Assembly: GCA_965178125.1 (NCBI GenBank)
Contig: OZ237741.1
Span: 1,426,001 to 1,455,662 of the forward strand
Length of the DNA stretch: 29,662 bases
Direction of reading: 5' to 3'
From: Bilabrum cf. latius
Lineage: Eukaryota
Made by a program: the position numbers and the translations under genes
Part shown: piece by piece, positions 9,621-23,300 of the stretch
How positions within the stretch are numbered: position 1 is the first letter of the stretch
Layout: the number at the start of each line of letters is the position of its first letter
Notes under the pieces: generated by a model
Told to the model about the DNA's origin: nothing
Seen by the model: the letters and a program-made list of their open reading frames with translations, nothing else
Databases searched by the model: none

Positions 9621-12600
9621 TCAATCACCAATGGTGGGCATGCCGAACCCACCATCGCCGCCACCGCCGCCCGAATCCCCCCATGATCCCATGTCCTACC
9701 AATCATCGTTCCCTCCGTCTCCACCGGCAGGTGGACCAGCGGATGCAGCGTTGTCAAAAGCGGCATCCTGGGCGCCGGCATCAACGCCCCAACCTGTGGC
9801 TGCGCCATCCGCCCCAGAGGCATCGTCGGCACCCTGCTGTGCGCCCCAACCGCCACCATCCTGGTCTCCAGAGGCGTCACCACCGCCAGCTCCCCAGTCC
9901 AAAGGTGCTGCCCCACCATCATCCGCCCCGCCACCGGCTAGCGCGTCACTCCATCCCGTGTCTCCCCCATCATCGTTGGCCAGCCAGCTAGCCTCACCTG
10001 CAGCGGCCCCAGAACCATCCCCTGACTCTCCGGCGCCCTCTTTCGGTATGGCCTCCAGACCCCAACCCCCGCCTCCTCCACCGCTTGCAATGGCGCCGAG
10101 CCCGGGAATCCCACCTTGCTAGTCTTCCACTCCGCCTGCGGCAGGCAACGGCGTGTCACTCGGTTTCGTCGGCAGCCTGTCTTTGATAGCGAAGACTTCT
10201 GTAGTCGGGTACTTGTAACCACTGCCATCGCTTTTCTTTTGGAGTGCAATCTTGTCCCACACCTTGAATCCTTTCTTGTCAAATATCGTCGCAATCTTTG
10301 CTGGGGTCTTGGATCCAGTTGGGTCTCGATTGTCTCTCTAGTAGAAAGCCAACAACTCCCGCAGGTGCATCTGAACCTAGTCAGGTCTAAGACCATGCAA
10401 ATTGAAGCTGGAATCATACGGAATGTCATCCGGATGCGGCGCAGCAGGGGAGGGTGCTGACTCTGGTGCTGGGGCGGGCGCTGGCTCTGGTGCTGGGGCG
10501 GGCGCTGGCTCTGGGGCTGGGGCTGGGGCTGGCTCTGGAGCCGGGGCTGGGGCTGGGGCTGGCTCTGGAGCCGGGGCTGGGGCTGGGGCTGGGGCTGGCT
10601 CTGGAGCCGGGGCTGGGGCTGGGGCTGGTGTGGGCGCGGGTGCGGGCTCTGAACCCGGGGCTGGGGCTGCTAGCTCCGTATCAGGCGCTGGAGCTGACGG
10701 TTGCGGGGCCGGAGACTCTTCATCTGGCTCAACTCTCTCAGTCTGTTCAACAGAGCTAAGCTGGTCACCGACTGATGCCTACCTCTTCATCATGGCAGGC
10801 TGAACGTCCACCGCGGGGCTGTCTCCCGGCTGATTCCCCGATTCTAAATCAATGCCAGGCATAAGGACGTTGAGAGCGTTCCCCTGCTCGGCAGATGGAC
10901 CAGAATCCACGACCATACCTGGTGGAGCTGGAGGCAGCGGCAAAGCGTCGTGTTGCACCCGAAGTGTTGACACAGTTAGCAGCTCTGCATGCCGGGTGGC
11001 TGCGCGCGCTTCGCGCTCAATAGCGTGCAGGACCTGAGCAGAAGGCCTCACTCTAGAGCCGACGTCCCCCGAGCCGCCCTGGTGCTTGCCTACGAAAACC
11101 CCGGCAGTGCGATCAGCGCGCCGTTGACGAGTCTCTGGCGCCCATGACACACACTGCGCCGAAGCTAGCTGTGCCACAACGTGCATGGCAGAGATTCCAC
11201 TCGCACCTGAATGAGCTGCGCCAGCATTCAGCTTGCTCAGCCGTTGCAGCTGTGAGGAACTCCTCTTGGCCCTTCTGCGCGACCTTCGAGAAGTAGCAGA
11301 TCCTCGGCTAAACTCGGCTAATCTTGCATTCTACTTGTGTGCGGTGACTTGGCCCTGTTGATCGGTGGGAAGCACCAAATCGCTTGGTTTCCGCAACACA
11401 GGTGGTTGCCTGGCTGCTGCCAGGCTCGCAACAGCAGCGGCGGCCCTCCGGGTCGCATCACATCTCCGCAACACATGCGTCGCAGCATCCATCGCTTTCG
11501 AAGAAGCTGGCACAGCCTCCTGTAGCTGGCGGTGCATCGATAGCAGCAGCACTGCCTGGCGTCGGCTCGTAGCCAAGTCCCGCCCTACTACTGGCTGCAT
11601 GCCGTCGCGATCGATTGAGCTTATGGCAGCGCGAAGTCCGCCCAGATAGCGCTGCACCGTTGCACATTCAGCGCTTGCAATCGGTAGCTCCTAGCCGGCG
11701 GTCGAAATGGAGGTTTGAACGCTGTTGAGCTGGCGCTTTAGCCGGAGGTGCTGGTCGTCACTACTGGAACCACCAGACTGCCAGGCGGCGGCATCCCCCT
11801 AGATTTCCGCGATCCGGTGGACCACGCCGGACACTGCATGCTTTCGGGTTGCAACCAAAAGCTCCCCACGTGTCAACCCGCGGTACAGCCGTTGCAGCTC
11901 ATGGTGCACAAGACCTGTGCTCAAGTCTGCCCACGCGTCCAGTTGCTAGGCTGCTTCACTCTGATGCGAGGTAATGGCCGCGTTGATTGCCATTTCGGCC
12001 GATGCAAAGCGTCTTGCACCCTGCTTTAACTGGGATCGAGCTGGATCAGATTGCCCATCGACGTGCCTTAATCTACCAAGTAGCTCGTCAGCGAGCTTCA
12101 CAATAGCTTCTCGGCCTCGCTCGCTAGCAGTGTGCAGCGGAGAGGCCAGGGCTTCCATCGAGCCATGCGATGGCACGGAGAGCACTTGCCGGAGGCCATC
12201 ATTGATCCTCTTGAACTCGATGCCGAGAACGGGCTCGATTGCTGCTGCAAATCGCCCCTAGGACTCGGCACCACGGGCGACAAGGCCACCTTCGTCTGCA
12301 CTGCTCTCAATCTGGCTTGGCTACTCATCATCCTACAATGGTTGCGCAGGTGAAAGAGCAAGCTGGCCACCATTTTCAGACCAACCAGACGGAAGCACTG
12401 CTCCCCTTTGAGCGGCTACCGTGGCAACACCAACGGCTCTTGATCGCAGAATAGTTGCCGCGCGCTCTTCATCAGCCGCCTGCGCAGCACAAGCCCGTGC
12501 ACTCTGCACGTTCTCTTGATACCGATCGACGTACCGGCGGTAGTGATACGGCGCATCTCTGGCAGCAAGCTACTCCTGGTCGCTCATGCGTCTTCCGTTG

Positions 12601-15600
12601 GCCGCCTTGTCTTGGACCTCGTCAATCCACGCTGCCTTGTACTGCGCCTCCCGGGCCATGTGCAGATACCGGGACTCGCTCTCTCGCAAGGACCGTGCCT
12701 GTGATGCTCTCCCAATTGCTTGCAGCCTGAGCACCTCCGCAAACTCCATCTGTTGAGCAGGGTCATGCAATGATATGTTGACTTGCTGCGCTGGAGGCAA
12801 CTGTGCAATCGCACCGTTCTCGCCAGCTGCACCTGAGTCTGGCAGAGGGTTCTTACCGGCGGGCTGCTTTCTCGGGGCATCGGATGGCTACCCAGCCGCG
12901 GGAGATTGAGCAGCAGGCGCAACTGCAGAAATTCCTGCTGCTGGATTCGCTGCAGCCGCCGCTGCTGCTACTGGATTCGCTGCAGCCGCTGCTGCTGCTG
13001 CTGCTGCTGCCGGAGCTACACCAGATACTGCCCTGGCATCGGCTGGCGCTAGGCCTGCCTCAGACTCCCCGGACGGACGAGCACCAGCGATTGTCCTAGC
13101 TGCTCCTTCCCCTGGGTGTGCACCTGAGGCACTCAGCAGCCTCTCTCGCACAGCTGCAGCAATGGGGATCAGCGGCGCTGTGATGCTGGCATGAGTCAGA
13201 TCTGTTCCCATACACAGCATACTGCTAAGGTCCTCAGGAATAATGGCAGGGTCTAATGCGCTCTAGCGTCCGATCGCTTCTACTAGCTTCTCGGGCACGA
13301 CGATGCCGGCATCTGACAGCTCAACGCGGCCGAGCCAACTCCTCAAAGCAGCGGATGCAGCAGAAAGCCTCATGCTCAAAATGCTTGCAGGCCCCCTACG
13401 CGCGATGAGTCGCTTCGACTAGATTACGCCTTGTGACGACATCATGAGCATCTGCATTGTAAGCGGCGCTCTCTGCTCGGCTTGAGCGAGGCTGGCGGCG
13501 TTCATCTCATTCACGAAACCACCTCTGCTCAACCACGACGACAGCGCGGAAGGGACAACAAAACTCTGGCCATCCGAGCGAACCGCCACTCGGAAAGGAT
13601 CCAAGTCTGTACCGGGCTGGACCAGCGATGGCGTGCCGCCTTCCACATGCATGGAACGTACGTGATCAGCCAGAGATTGCTGGGACGCGCACATCAGGCC
13701 GCATACGCGGCAACGCTCGGCGGCATCACTGGCAGCTGCCTCATCGGTGCTGCATGAAGCTTCCAGCCACCTTAGCTCAGCAGCGTCATCCGGCTCCTTG
13801 TCGTCGAATTGGTTCTGCTGCGGCTTGGTGCCGAGTGCAGTCGTCGAGGCAGACATGTCGAGGGCTTGAAGCGCTGCTAACCGTGTGCAAACGACAGGAT
13901 CGCCTTGGCCTTGCACTGAGTGGTGCAAAACCGAGCTTGGCTTGCGAGGCTGCATGACCATTGCTACGCCGACCACCCGAGGGAAAACTGAGACGGTTCG
14001 ATGTCCAAGAAGAGTGCTTCTGGCATCATCACACCTGACTGGTTGCCACATTGCGTGCTCGCGTTCGTACATCGCTTTGCCCCTGCTCGCCCATTGCTTC
14101 TTGTTGTCTTCCGGTTCCGTGCCCTCTGGTATCAAGTCGCTGCGAAACCGCTGCCCCGCATCACCGTCATCCCACTCAGTCCCAATTTCATGGGAGTCCG
14201 CGGCAACCTCGTATTGCATCCACGGGTGCACGTCATCGTCTTGCTCAGGGCCCAAACCTGGAGGTGTTGCAGAGCGTTGGGTCCCTGCGTACACTTCATC
14301 ACCAACATCGAGAGATGCCCTTCCGTCGCCGTCCCCATCTGCATCTTCTTCGCTCTCCCGGCCCGCTTCCTACCGGAGAAACTGCACGGCGCCTATGGCT
14401 TCCGGTGGAGCCCCTGCCATCAGCATACGTCCTTCAACAGTAGTCAGCGACTGCCTCCAACGCCTGGCAACCCATGCCAATAGTTGCTCCGATTCAATCA
14501 GGTGGGATATCTCGTCGCTACCACTCGCAAACAACTAGCGGCTGCGCGCGATGGCTGTCCCGCCCCCTGCTGCAGCTATAGCATGAGTTCTTCCACCCGC
14601 GGTGCCACCGCTGGCGTGCAACCCAGCTGCCATGAGGCGTTGGCGCAGAAGCTGGACGTATTTTGGACGCTCCAGCAAAATCGGGGCTGGGGATCCAGAC
14701 GACGCCCCAGCAATCATGCCCAGTGATGGATAGTACTCGAGCTTGTAGGACAACGCCAAATGCCTGCGGAGTTGCTCTGAGCGAGGGTCCAGCCAGCCGC
14801 TGCCTGTACTTCCAGCTTCCCACATTTTACGCTTCAAGTTGAGAATATCGGACTTCATGCACTAAACGTCCTCACCTGCGCCCCAAATCACTGTTCTCCT
14901 CCAGTTGTGTGATTTATGAGGCTGTACCAACTGCCGCTTCCATTTCTCGTAGTCGGTGTTGATCAGCAGACGGGCATCCTTCCCCTACGGCCCAAACCAC
15001 TTTTTGGGAGGTCCAACAGGGATATTGCACAACTCAATCACTGCAAGACAGTGATTGTGCTAGGTTGCTGCAGCTTGCCTCCACTCCTCCATCGATTGCT
15101 TATCCTCGTCCTCGTCCATTTCGAAAGGCCAAAACTTGAAGCCGTACCGCTCCGCATCCGCACAGACCTGTTTGCCCCGCTCTTCCAGCTGTCTGATACG
15201 ATCAGCATTATCTGCACTGCCTCGCAGGGAAGCGTACTCATTCGCGATGCCAGCCACAGCTGCCCCAATTTCATCCGGAAGCCTCCGCCTCCATCCAGCT
15301 AGCAGCATCGTAGTGCTTTGGTTGGACCTGCGCCGCAGGTACTTGGATAGCTGAGCCATGTATGCGCTCCACTCTGCGCGAACTGCAGAGGTGTGTTCAA
15401 AACCTCTGTCCTTGGCCTCAGAGGGCGTCCCCACTGTGTGAGAGCTATGCGCATCGGGGCCATACGCGGCGACCAGCTTGCGAATGGCCTCGTCCTTGGA
15501 CGAAACCGCCCTCTTGCACTCATCGAGCGCTTGAGACAAAGATCTCGGTCCTGACCACGCGAGAACGGCCTGCTCGGACTGCACCAGCCGCTGAACTTTC

Positions 15601-17645
15601 GCATCATCGATGCTGAATCGCTCTCGCACCCACGGGGCCGCACCTGTCGTGGAGTTGGTGCGCAACCAATCTCTGAATCCCGCATCAAGGTGGTCGTCAT
15701 CAGTGCGACGGGCGCGCTCAGCCCGTACCCCCTCGGCATTGAGTGCAGAGACAAGCCCAGCAGGCTCAGCGCCATCTTGCGCATGCGATAGACTATCGAT
15801 AGCTGCGTCAGAGGCCCCACTCCTGCCCTTCATGGAGGCCTTGAGCTCCTCGAGGTCCTCCTTGCTCCATCGCTCAATCGCTCCAGCTTCATCGGAACCC
15901 TTATCCTAGTGGAAAGGGTCATGCAGGTAGTGGCACTCGTAGATCGGGGGCTCGGCCTCAAGCTCTGCTGCCGGCTGAGGGGGCAGCGGGGGGCTCAGCA
16001 GAGGTATGAAGTGCTCGGGCAACACTCCCGCCGCAGTCAGCATGCTGGCCTGGCCCCGTTGCAAGCCTCCTCTCAGAGTCTGATAGATGGGCATGTACCC
16101 CACTTCTCCAGTCTGCAGGCCGATCCACATGCAGTCCGACGTCTTCTCACTGGCATTAAGTGAGTGCTTGCCTGCAGGGGCCAGGCATGCTGCAGATAGC
16201 CCAGGAATCCGCATTGTTAGACTTGGCCACATGGGCTTGCTCGATTCAAACACACCGCCACCCACCGGGGTAAAATCGTGCCGTGCAGCCACGGCGGGCA
16301 CTTGAAAGAGCCACACCGTCTCGTGCTATGCGCTGACCGCAAGCAACGTGTGTGGCTCGCTCGACTCATCAGGCGGGGCACCCTTGCGCGCCAGATGAAG
16401 CTTAGGAGATATTTGGGCGTTGGAGCACAGCTGAATGGAGCTGAGCTCCCCGGTAGCCTGCATGAACTCAAAGGTCCCGTCTTGGCGCACCGGCAACTCT
16501 GGCACTGGCAGCTGGCAGCGTACCCGGATTGCGCCCGGCCATCCAGCTTCAAGCGAGCCAGGCAAGCCGATGCAGAACAAGTCCAAGCATGCATGAATTG
16601 CCATGGATTGCGCTGCGCCAGCAGCTGCAGCTCCGCCCGTAGCAACGCGCGTGCCAGCTGCGGCAATCCAGTGCGTACCGCTGAGCTTGGCGAGTCCTGC
16701 AAAGTTTGCGCGGGGACTAGTGCCCCGGGCTATGTCCCTGCATAGCTAATCAACACCAGCTTGGTCGCCAGAGGGCATTGATATCGCAGAGACCCGTGAT
16801 ACCACGCACGTATCACCTCCTGAGCACGGCAAATGCATGCAGTACGCGCCTGGCTCCTCATCGGGAAGGTCGGAATCGCGTTGTACAGATGCCTATGCCA
16901 CGCCAATGGGATCAAATTTCACTTCAGTGTTCTTTTGTCGCGTTTCGATCGCTTCAGGGGCGAAGGCAGCGATCGGGAGAAGTTTGACGCCTGCGTGAGG
17001 GACAGAGGCATTCGGGCTACACAAGCGTTAATATGCGTGTTGTACCTCATATAATAAAATGAACTAAAATCACTTACCGGACTTGCTCGCGCATGCAAGC
17101 ATTCCAGCGCTTCGCAGCAGCGACATGCCATACACTCCGCCTTCCCCGGAGGGCTTCGAAAAGCTATGCAGTGGTGCTGGCCCCGCATCAGACAGGGTAG
17201 CAAAACAAGACTCCTGCTCATCAGCACCGATCATAACAGGGCACTCATGTTGCTGCATGTATACCCTAGCTTTTGGGGCAGCGACCGATACAGGATCTGA
17301 ACCACATGCGGTCTCAACCCTACCAGCTGTGCCTCTTGGCCCTTGATGGGATCCTTCAGCAGCTCCTGAAATGAGTCTTTCGTCACTTAGCTCTCCTACC
17401 CGCAAGGCTTCCTCGAAAGCAAGCGATTGGACTGCCTGATTCAGCCGCATGCTGGGCAGCCCAACTGAGTGCTGCTTGCCAAGCGGTGAGCAAACTCGAA
17501 GGACCGCTTCACGCTTCTTGGGTCCAAAATAAAGCTTTCCGAACTCTGGTGCTGCATTTTGGGCCTATGCCATGGTGTGATGAGGTACTGGGCTGAGAAG
17601 TGCCTGACCGGTCATCGGGCAAGGCTCCTTGAAATCGTGTTCCAT
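9621..17645 (-). CDS. Giant hypothetical protein (~2,645 aa): C2H2 zinc finger, Pro-Ala-Glu linker, Gly/Asp/Trp-rich tail; exons ~17645-17078 and 16990-9621; start uncertain
   Basis: A 7.37-kb single frame (16990-9621) contains 25 TAG, no TAA and no TGA until tandem TGA-TGA at 9623-9618. One more TAG lies at 17565 in exon 1. The 87-nt intron 16991-17077 (GTAAGT...CACGCAG) removes the only in-frame TAA/TGA and joins CASKSG|VKLLP. Confidence 0.85.
10460..10670 (-). repeat. Coding minisatellite encoding (PAPAPE)n linker
   Basis: GGGGCT/GGCTCTGGAGCC repeats on + read as PAPEPAPAPAPEP in the frame of the giant gene. Confidence 0.85.
13647..13712 (-). other. C2H2-type zinc finger motif within the giant protein
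   Basis: CRVCGLMCASQQSLADHVRSMH matches C-x2-C-x12-H-x4-H. Confidence 0.7.
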
Positions 17646-17723
17646 ATTCGGAATTTGATAGTTTGAGCATCACATCGGGATGGAGCCAACGACATAAAGT
17701 TGACATGGAGCAATGTATAATGT

Positions 17724-19905
17724 TTATGTATCGGGCCTGATGCTACTAGACCTTTGCATGCCCACAGCTGTCGCTCCATCAGCTTGAGCCCCGCAAGGCT
17801 TGGCTGGCACTGGGCCGCAGCCCACCATTGGTGAGCTGCCACGAGGCCGTCCAGCACCCGTGAAATGCCCCCCAGACCTGTGTACTGCTAGATGCTGAGA
17901 TTTCGCCGCATGCAGCAAAAGGCTACCATCCGTGGTCGATCCTGCCGACACACTACCTACCGCACGACCGTGAGCGGCGAGTGGCAGGCCCACAGCACCT
18001 GTCCCTGTGCTGCTCGTGCCAGCGGAGGCTGCTGCATCTCCGTTAAAGCCTGTGTGCGATGCAGGCGATGTGTGCGAGCTAGGAATACCCCCTGAGCCAG
18101 AGCTCACAGATGGCAAGGGCAGTGCAGGACGTACCCCAGTGCCGGTAACTGTGCCATAGTGATGGGAGCTGCCGGTGCCTGCCGTAGCACCTGCGCGCGG
18201 ACAAGAGCCCCAGGTTGTCCCGTCGCTGCTCCCGCTGGTACTGGCTGGTAATGGTTCGCAAGCTGTCGGTGAGTGTGCGCTTGATCCTGTGTCCATCGGC
18301 ATGCTGGCAGCGGGCAGCAGCGGTGCCGTGCAGCTCACCGCATGGGTCGAACCAGCATCAGGTGAGGCCACGGTACTTCGTGGAGCAGAGCCCGCGTCAA
18401 TGGCAGCCGCACGCTCGTCTCTGCCCGCTGCTACTCCGCTGCTTCCCTTTCGTGCACGTGCACGCGCGCGCTGCTGCGATGCATTCATGCCACACCACGG
18501 CGGGCATGTGGACTCGGCGGGGCGCCCTGCAGCACTGGCCTCTCGAAAGGAAGAGGCCCTGCGCTAGCGGTAGGAAGAGGATCGGCACCACAGGATCAAG
18601 TTGGAACGAGACCCTGTTCGGATGGGAAAGGCCCCGTGCCTGTGCCTGCCAAGGTGCAGCACGGCCCAGCCCGGCCGGTGCTTGTAGTCGTACCGCTCCC
18701 CCTCACCTGGAGGACTCTGCTGGTGTGCTTCGCAGCGAGTCCCCCGGAAGAAGAGATCGCCGCCTTCAAACACATCGCCTAAACATAAATTCAGCGTTAC
18801 CTCGGCGTCATCCACGTGGAACCCCAATGACTTGTCTTTCCTCGGGGCGTACTGCACCACGAAGCCGTGGTGCGAGTCCAAGTCTATCTTGCCCTTCGCA
18901 TCCCCAAGTGAAGGGAACGCGGCCTCCGCAAGTGGGCTAACTATTAGATTCGTGAGAATAGACAAGGACTCGTTCAAGCCTATATCGTCCAGGACGACAC
19001 CAAAATTCTGCGGTGATGTAGTTGGAGGTGGTGCAACCTTGCAGGCGTTGGGACTGTCTCTTCGGCGCTAGCAGCGGCACGACAATAACTATTCTTCGTG
19101 TATGCACAGCCTGCTTGACCGCGGCGAGAACTTAAACGCACATTCATGGAATTTGGGCGGTTGACGTGCAGCCCGCTCGTCTTTGCCCAAGACTCGAACT
19201 ATCCGACCTCCTCGAGCAACCTTGCACACACATGAGGTGGGAAGCAAGGAAACGCGTATATTCCTGGATGCAGCTGCTGCATGAACCCAAGTTTGTCGTC
19301 TTGAGTGCCCGATAGAGCTTCAGCTAGCTCGTCGCAGAGTTGCAAGCCGCCGTGGGTTCGCAGCGCTGGGTGTAACGGTGTGTAGTTCGCGGCGATGAAC
19401 TGCGAAACAGATTTAATTATTCGAATGAAACCATCGTGTGATATTTTCTGGGCATCCCGCAGTACATAAATGGTACTACTTACGTCTCTGTACTGGTCAA
19501 GCAACCTATGAACCAGTGTATCTCTTGCCGCCCGCTCATGGGCAGCGTGCTGCTAATAGCGCGCATACACTCGGCGCAAATATGCAATCTAGTCATGTTT
19601 TGACCCACTCTGCGCACGTAATTGTAGTTTGTTCGCTAATCTCCAGAGAGTTTCCGATGCGCCACGTGATTCCATCTTTCTGGCGCTACATGCAGTCTCA
19701 CTAAGACTTCAGGCGGAAACGTTCTCTGAAACTTGACCCAAAACTCATCCGGTCGCAGGAAATCGGGTGCACGACCCACTGGAGGCTTTGAGGCTTCCAT
19801 AAATCGCGCTGATGTACCAGCGATTGCCGAGCCGCTGCCCATAGCATTACCGGAACTACGAGCATCAATCTGGTGTGCTCCTCCGCAACCGCCGGACCGA
19901 CACAT
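17724..19905 (-). CDS. 2-oxoglutarate/Fe(II)-dependent oxygenase (PKHD-type/OGFOD2-like) with long disordered C-tail; exons ~19905-19571, 19505-19142, 19007-17724; start and first intron less certain
   Basis: RPNSMN|NFGVVLDDIGL is joined by intron 19008-19141 (GTGCGT...CCGCAG). Motifs HHGFVVQY, HxD in LGFHVDDAEVTLNLCLG, distal His in HRHGA, and GSRSNLILWCRSS. In-frame TAG at 19636, 19199 (LLEEVG*FESW) and 18564 (SSYR*RR...CPPWCG). Ends TAA 17724-17726. Confidence 0.85.
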
Positions 19906-20398
19906 TGGAGAGCCTTCAACAATGAATTAAGTATAAGTAGATAATACACGAGACGTACAGGTTCGGAGACGCACATAGTCCACCTCAATAGCTTCTCAGG
20001 GCTCGCTAAACCATAGCCACCGCCCCCCCCAACATAAGTGCACTCAACTTCCTAAAAAGCAGACTCCTACACGCCCGTTGGAGGTTATCTTGGGTTTCGA
20101 CAACTGCAATTAACTGCGCCAACACGATAGCCCTGGTCGAAATTATTGTTGGATATAGCATTCTTCATAGGTTTGGTGTCATCAGTTGCTACCATGGACT
20201 CCAGCAATCGATTCAGCTTGAGGTGAGTCGCTCGCATGGAGCAGCCATACATGTACCATGCTCCACCACGATCCATGTATTCTGCACTGCATTTTAATGG
20301 AATCCATGTTGAATTGTCGGCCATACGAATGTATCCTGTCCTACCATGGCATTGCCCCTCAAATCTTCGCGTGCAGTCCTGGACGCGAGGCTGCTGCT

Positions 20399-23300
20399 AT
20401 GATCATGAGCCAGTTGAGCAGCCCTGACGTAGGGATATTGCGATAGGTATGTTAAACGTATTCTCTGAATTGCTCACATCCCTGGGCTTCCTGTCGTGCA
20501 ACCGAGCTGTTAGCAACCGTTCGGTCCGATTGCCACGCGCAGGCAAGGAAAGGAAACACAGACGGGCTAAATAGTGAAGTTGACGACGTGTTCTTTCCTA
20601 GGCGCGCTGCCTTAGCGAGCCTTGCAGACAATTACACAGGGGTTTCGAACTCTCCAAGCGGCCCATTGCGCCAAGGTCGCGAGGCGGATAGAAGCATGGG
20701 GCAACAGCCTACGGTTGCGAAGATTCACGGCTCCAGCATCTCGATGGGAACCCAATAGCATCCCTCTATTGGGCCAGAAAACCATCTTGTGCAGGTACCT
20801 GCTGGTTGGGGAGCACCACCTGCCACCGCTGCTGCGCACCATGCCCCGGCTACTAACGGCAGCGCCGCGCGGCCAGAAAGGCCCGCGCTGGGCAGCAGCA
20901 CAGCGAAGAGCGGCCCCGGTAATAGCAGCAGCAAGGACGTATAGTCTGCTTTATATTCTCAAGGGCCCAGCACGGCGCTCGCCTACAGGCCCGCGCACCA
21001 GCACCAGCACCAGCAGGCACAGGTGTAGGCCGGAGGGGGGCCGGGCCAGAGCCGAGCGGCGGTCAGCATCCAGTCGGTGGCTCCTAGTGACCGGCCGACG
21101 CTGGCTCAGCGCATCGGTGTGCTCGATGCGGCCATTGAAACCGACCGCGCCCATGTGTGTGGCTCCATCGTTGTAGCGGGGGTCAGCGTCCCGGCCCCCC
21201 CTCGGCTGGTAGCTCCAACTCACGCACTGCCAACTTTGGCAGACGTGGTACTTGCAATTCCCCACGCAGATTTCACTGATGCAGTCTCAAGAGCAGTTAA
21301 AAAGCTACCCGCTGCCGCTAGAGAGTCGCTGTCATCAGCAGCTGCAGGGATTCAGCCTGCCCAGCAAGGCGCCGAGCAGGTGCGCGGGCTGGATGTGTGG
21401 CGCCCGCATCCGTGCGTGCTGCCTGGAGGTTGCGACGAGGCCATGACTTCCAAGTGCAGGGCCGTGACTGGCGGTGCGGTGCTGGAGCGCAAATCAAATG
21501 AGGCATTTGGTACATGCGGGGCCATGGGGGAGGGTGCTGATGGTCTCTCGCAGGCATCGCTGCAACCCAGCGCATCGGCAGCCACCGGCAGAACGAGTCT
21601 CGGAGGCACTTCTAAGGCAAGTCGCAAGGACAAAAGCCTTGGGTTGTTGTGCGAAAAGTGAGATGGATCATTCGTAGTCGCGCTGCTTGATGTGACCGGA
21701 CTCTTGCTTCCTCCTGCACTCGCTGCCGTAATATGTTGCCACGTGTTTTTGATTCATGATGGATTGACCACCCCCCCCTCGCAGTTTTCTCGCACATTTT
21801 GGTCGCGGGGAGATTCTGGAGTTCTAGCTCGACGATGTTGCCACGGTTCTGGACGTGGAGCGCAGGCGTGTGTACGACGTCATCAATATTCTTGAGGCGC
21901 TGCGGATGACTTCACGAAAGGAGAAGAACAAGTACGTGTGGCACGGTACAGGCGGTCTTCCTGCTGTGCTCCAGCATCTGCAGAACCAAGCCATGCAGGA
22001 TGGCAGCAACGTGCTCCCAGGTAGCCCCGATGAGCCTCCACAGCCGCACTCTATGCACTGCCGCGTGCAAACCGCCCCGGGCATGCACATCGAGGTGTTT
22101 GCAGAGGAGTCTGCAGATGCACCTTGTTCCACCAATAGCAACCTAGGATCAAAAAGGGGCAGACAGGGGACTACGGTTGGAGACTGCCCGGATCCCAAGC
22201 GAAGAGCGGTTGGGGAATCTGGTTTGTCGAAGCAGAACGACGAGGACCCACCGGCAGTCGAGGTGGACTGCATTACCGAAGCGGATCAAGACCTAATGCC
22301 ACCTGATAAGCTCCGGCAAAGTGCCAACATTTGCAGCCAAGCATGTGTGGCTGCTTCCGTTGCGAGGGCTACACTGAGCTGGAAGAACGACGTGCTCTCG
22401 TTCCGGGACTCGAGGGCCGAGTCGGATGCGGCCTCGAGTGCCAAGCGGGACAAGAGCCTCGGCACCCTGGCCCAGCGCTTTGTACAGCTCTTTCTTGTGG
22501 GCAGGAGCGTGCTGGCCCTGGAACACGCCGCCAAGATCCTCATGGCTGCATCGGGGCTGGACGCCTCCTCAGTGGATCCCACAGAGGCTGCCTTCAAGAC
22601 CAGAGTACGGAGACTGTACGACGTTGCCAACGTGCTGCAATCCCTACGGTTGGTCACCAAAGTGACATTTGCAGAGACATCATGCGCTCGAAAGCCTGCA
22701 TTCGCATGGCGGGGCCTGGGTGCTGTGCCTTTGTTACCTGGGCGAGCAGCACTGGCGGTTCGTGATGAGATTCGAGATGTGGCTGCTGGTCGGGCTTCAA
22801 GCGATGGGTCGGGGATTTGGCGATCCAACATAGCAACCTCTGCCAAATTAGCCCAAAGAGTTGGCCCTAATTCAGCGCGGTGCGCTGTAAGCGGCAGTGC
22901 AGGCTAGCCCGCGAGTCGGCAGCACACATCATCGGCTTCAGTCGTAAGCATGCCGCCAAACGACTCAGCGCGGGCGTATGCACTGTCTCACAAAGCAGTT
23001 CCATTGCCAGCAACTGCTGCGGGCGACGCAAGGCTGCTGGGTGGCGGGCACGGCTGCTCGAGTGACTCGCAGGGCAGCACCGTCGTGCAACCTGCTTAGG
23101 GTTTCGGCAACCTCAGTCTCGAGTAGAAGTTCGAGATGGGCCGTAGAATCGCAAACGAGGAGGCCCACACGTGCATGTCGCCTGCACCAGTTGGTTCACC
23201 GTCATCTCGATCCACATCGAGACGTACTGCGAAGGGCAAGCTATCGTATGAAGGGATCGATGCGACTCCATAGCAACTGCAGGCCATCGGGTCTAGCCCA

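Noticed and set aside
17017-17077. Shorter 61-nt intron using the upstream TAG acceptor in the giant gene
   Set aside because: It shifts the frame. The CAG acceptor at 16991-16992 has a pyrimidine tract and restores the frame.
19906-20398. Suppressor tRNA(CUA) or small gene in the divergent intergenic region
   Set aside because: No cloverleaf or A/B-box pattern was recognised by eye, and the short ORFs lack support. An additional upstream E2F exon cannot be excluded.
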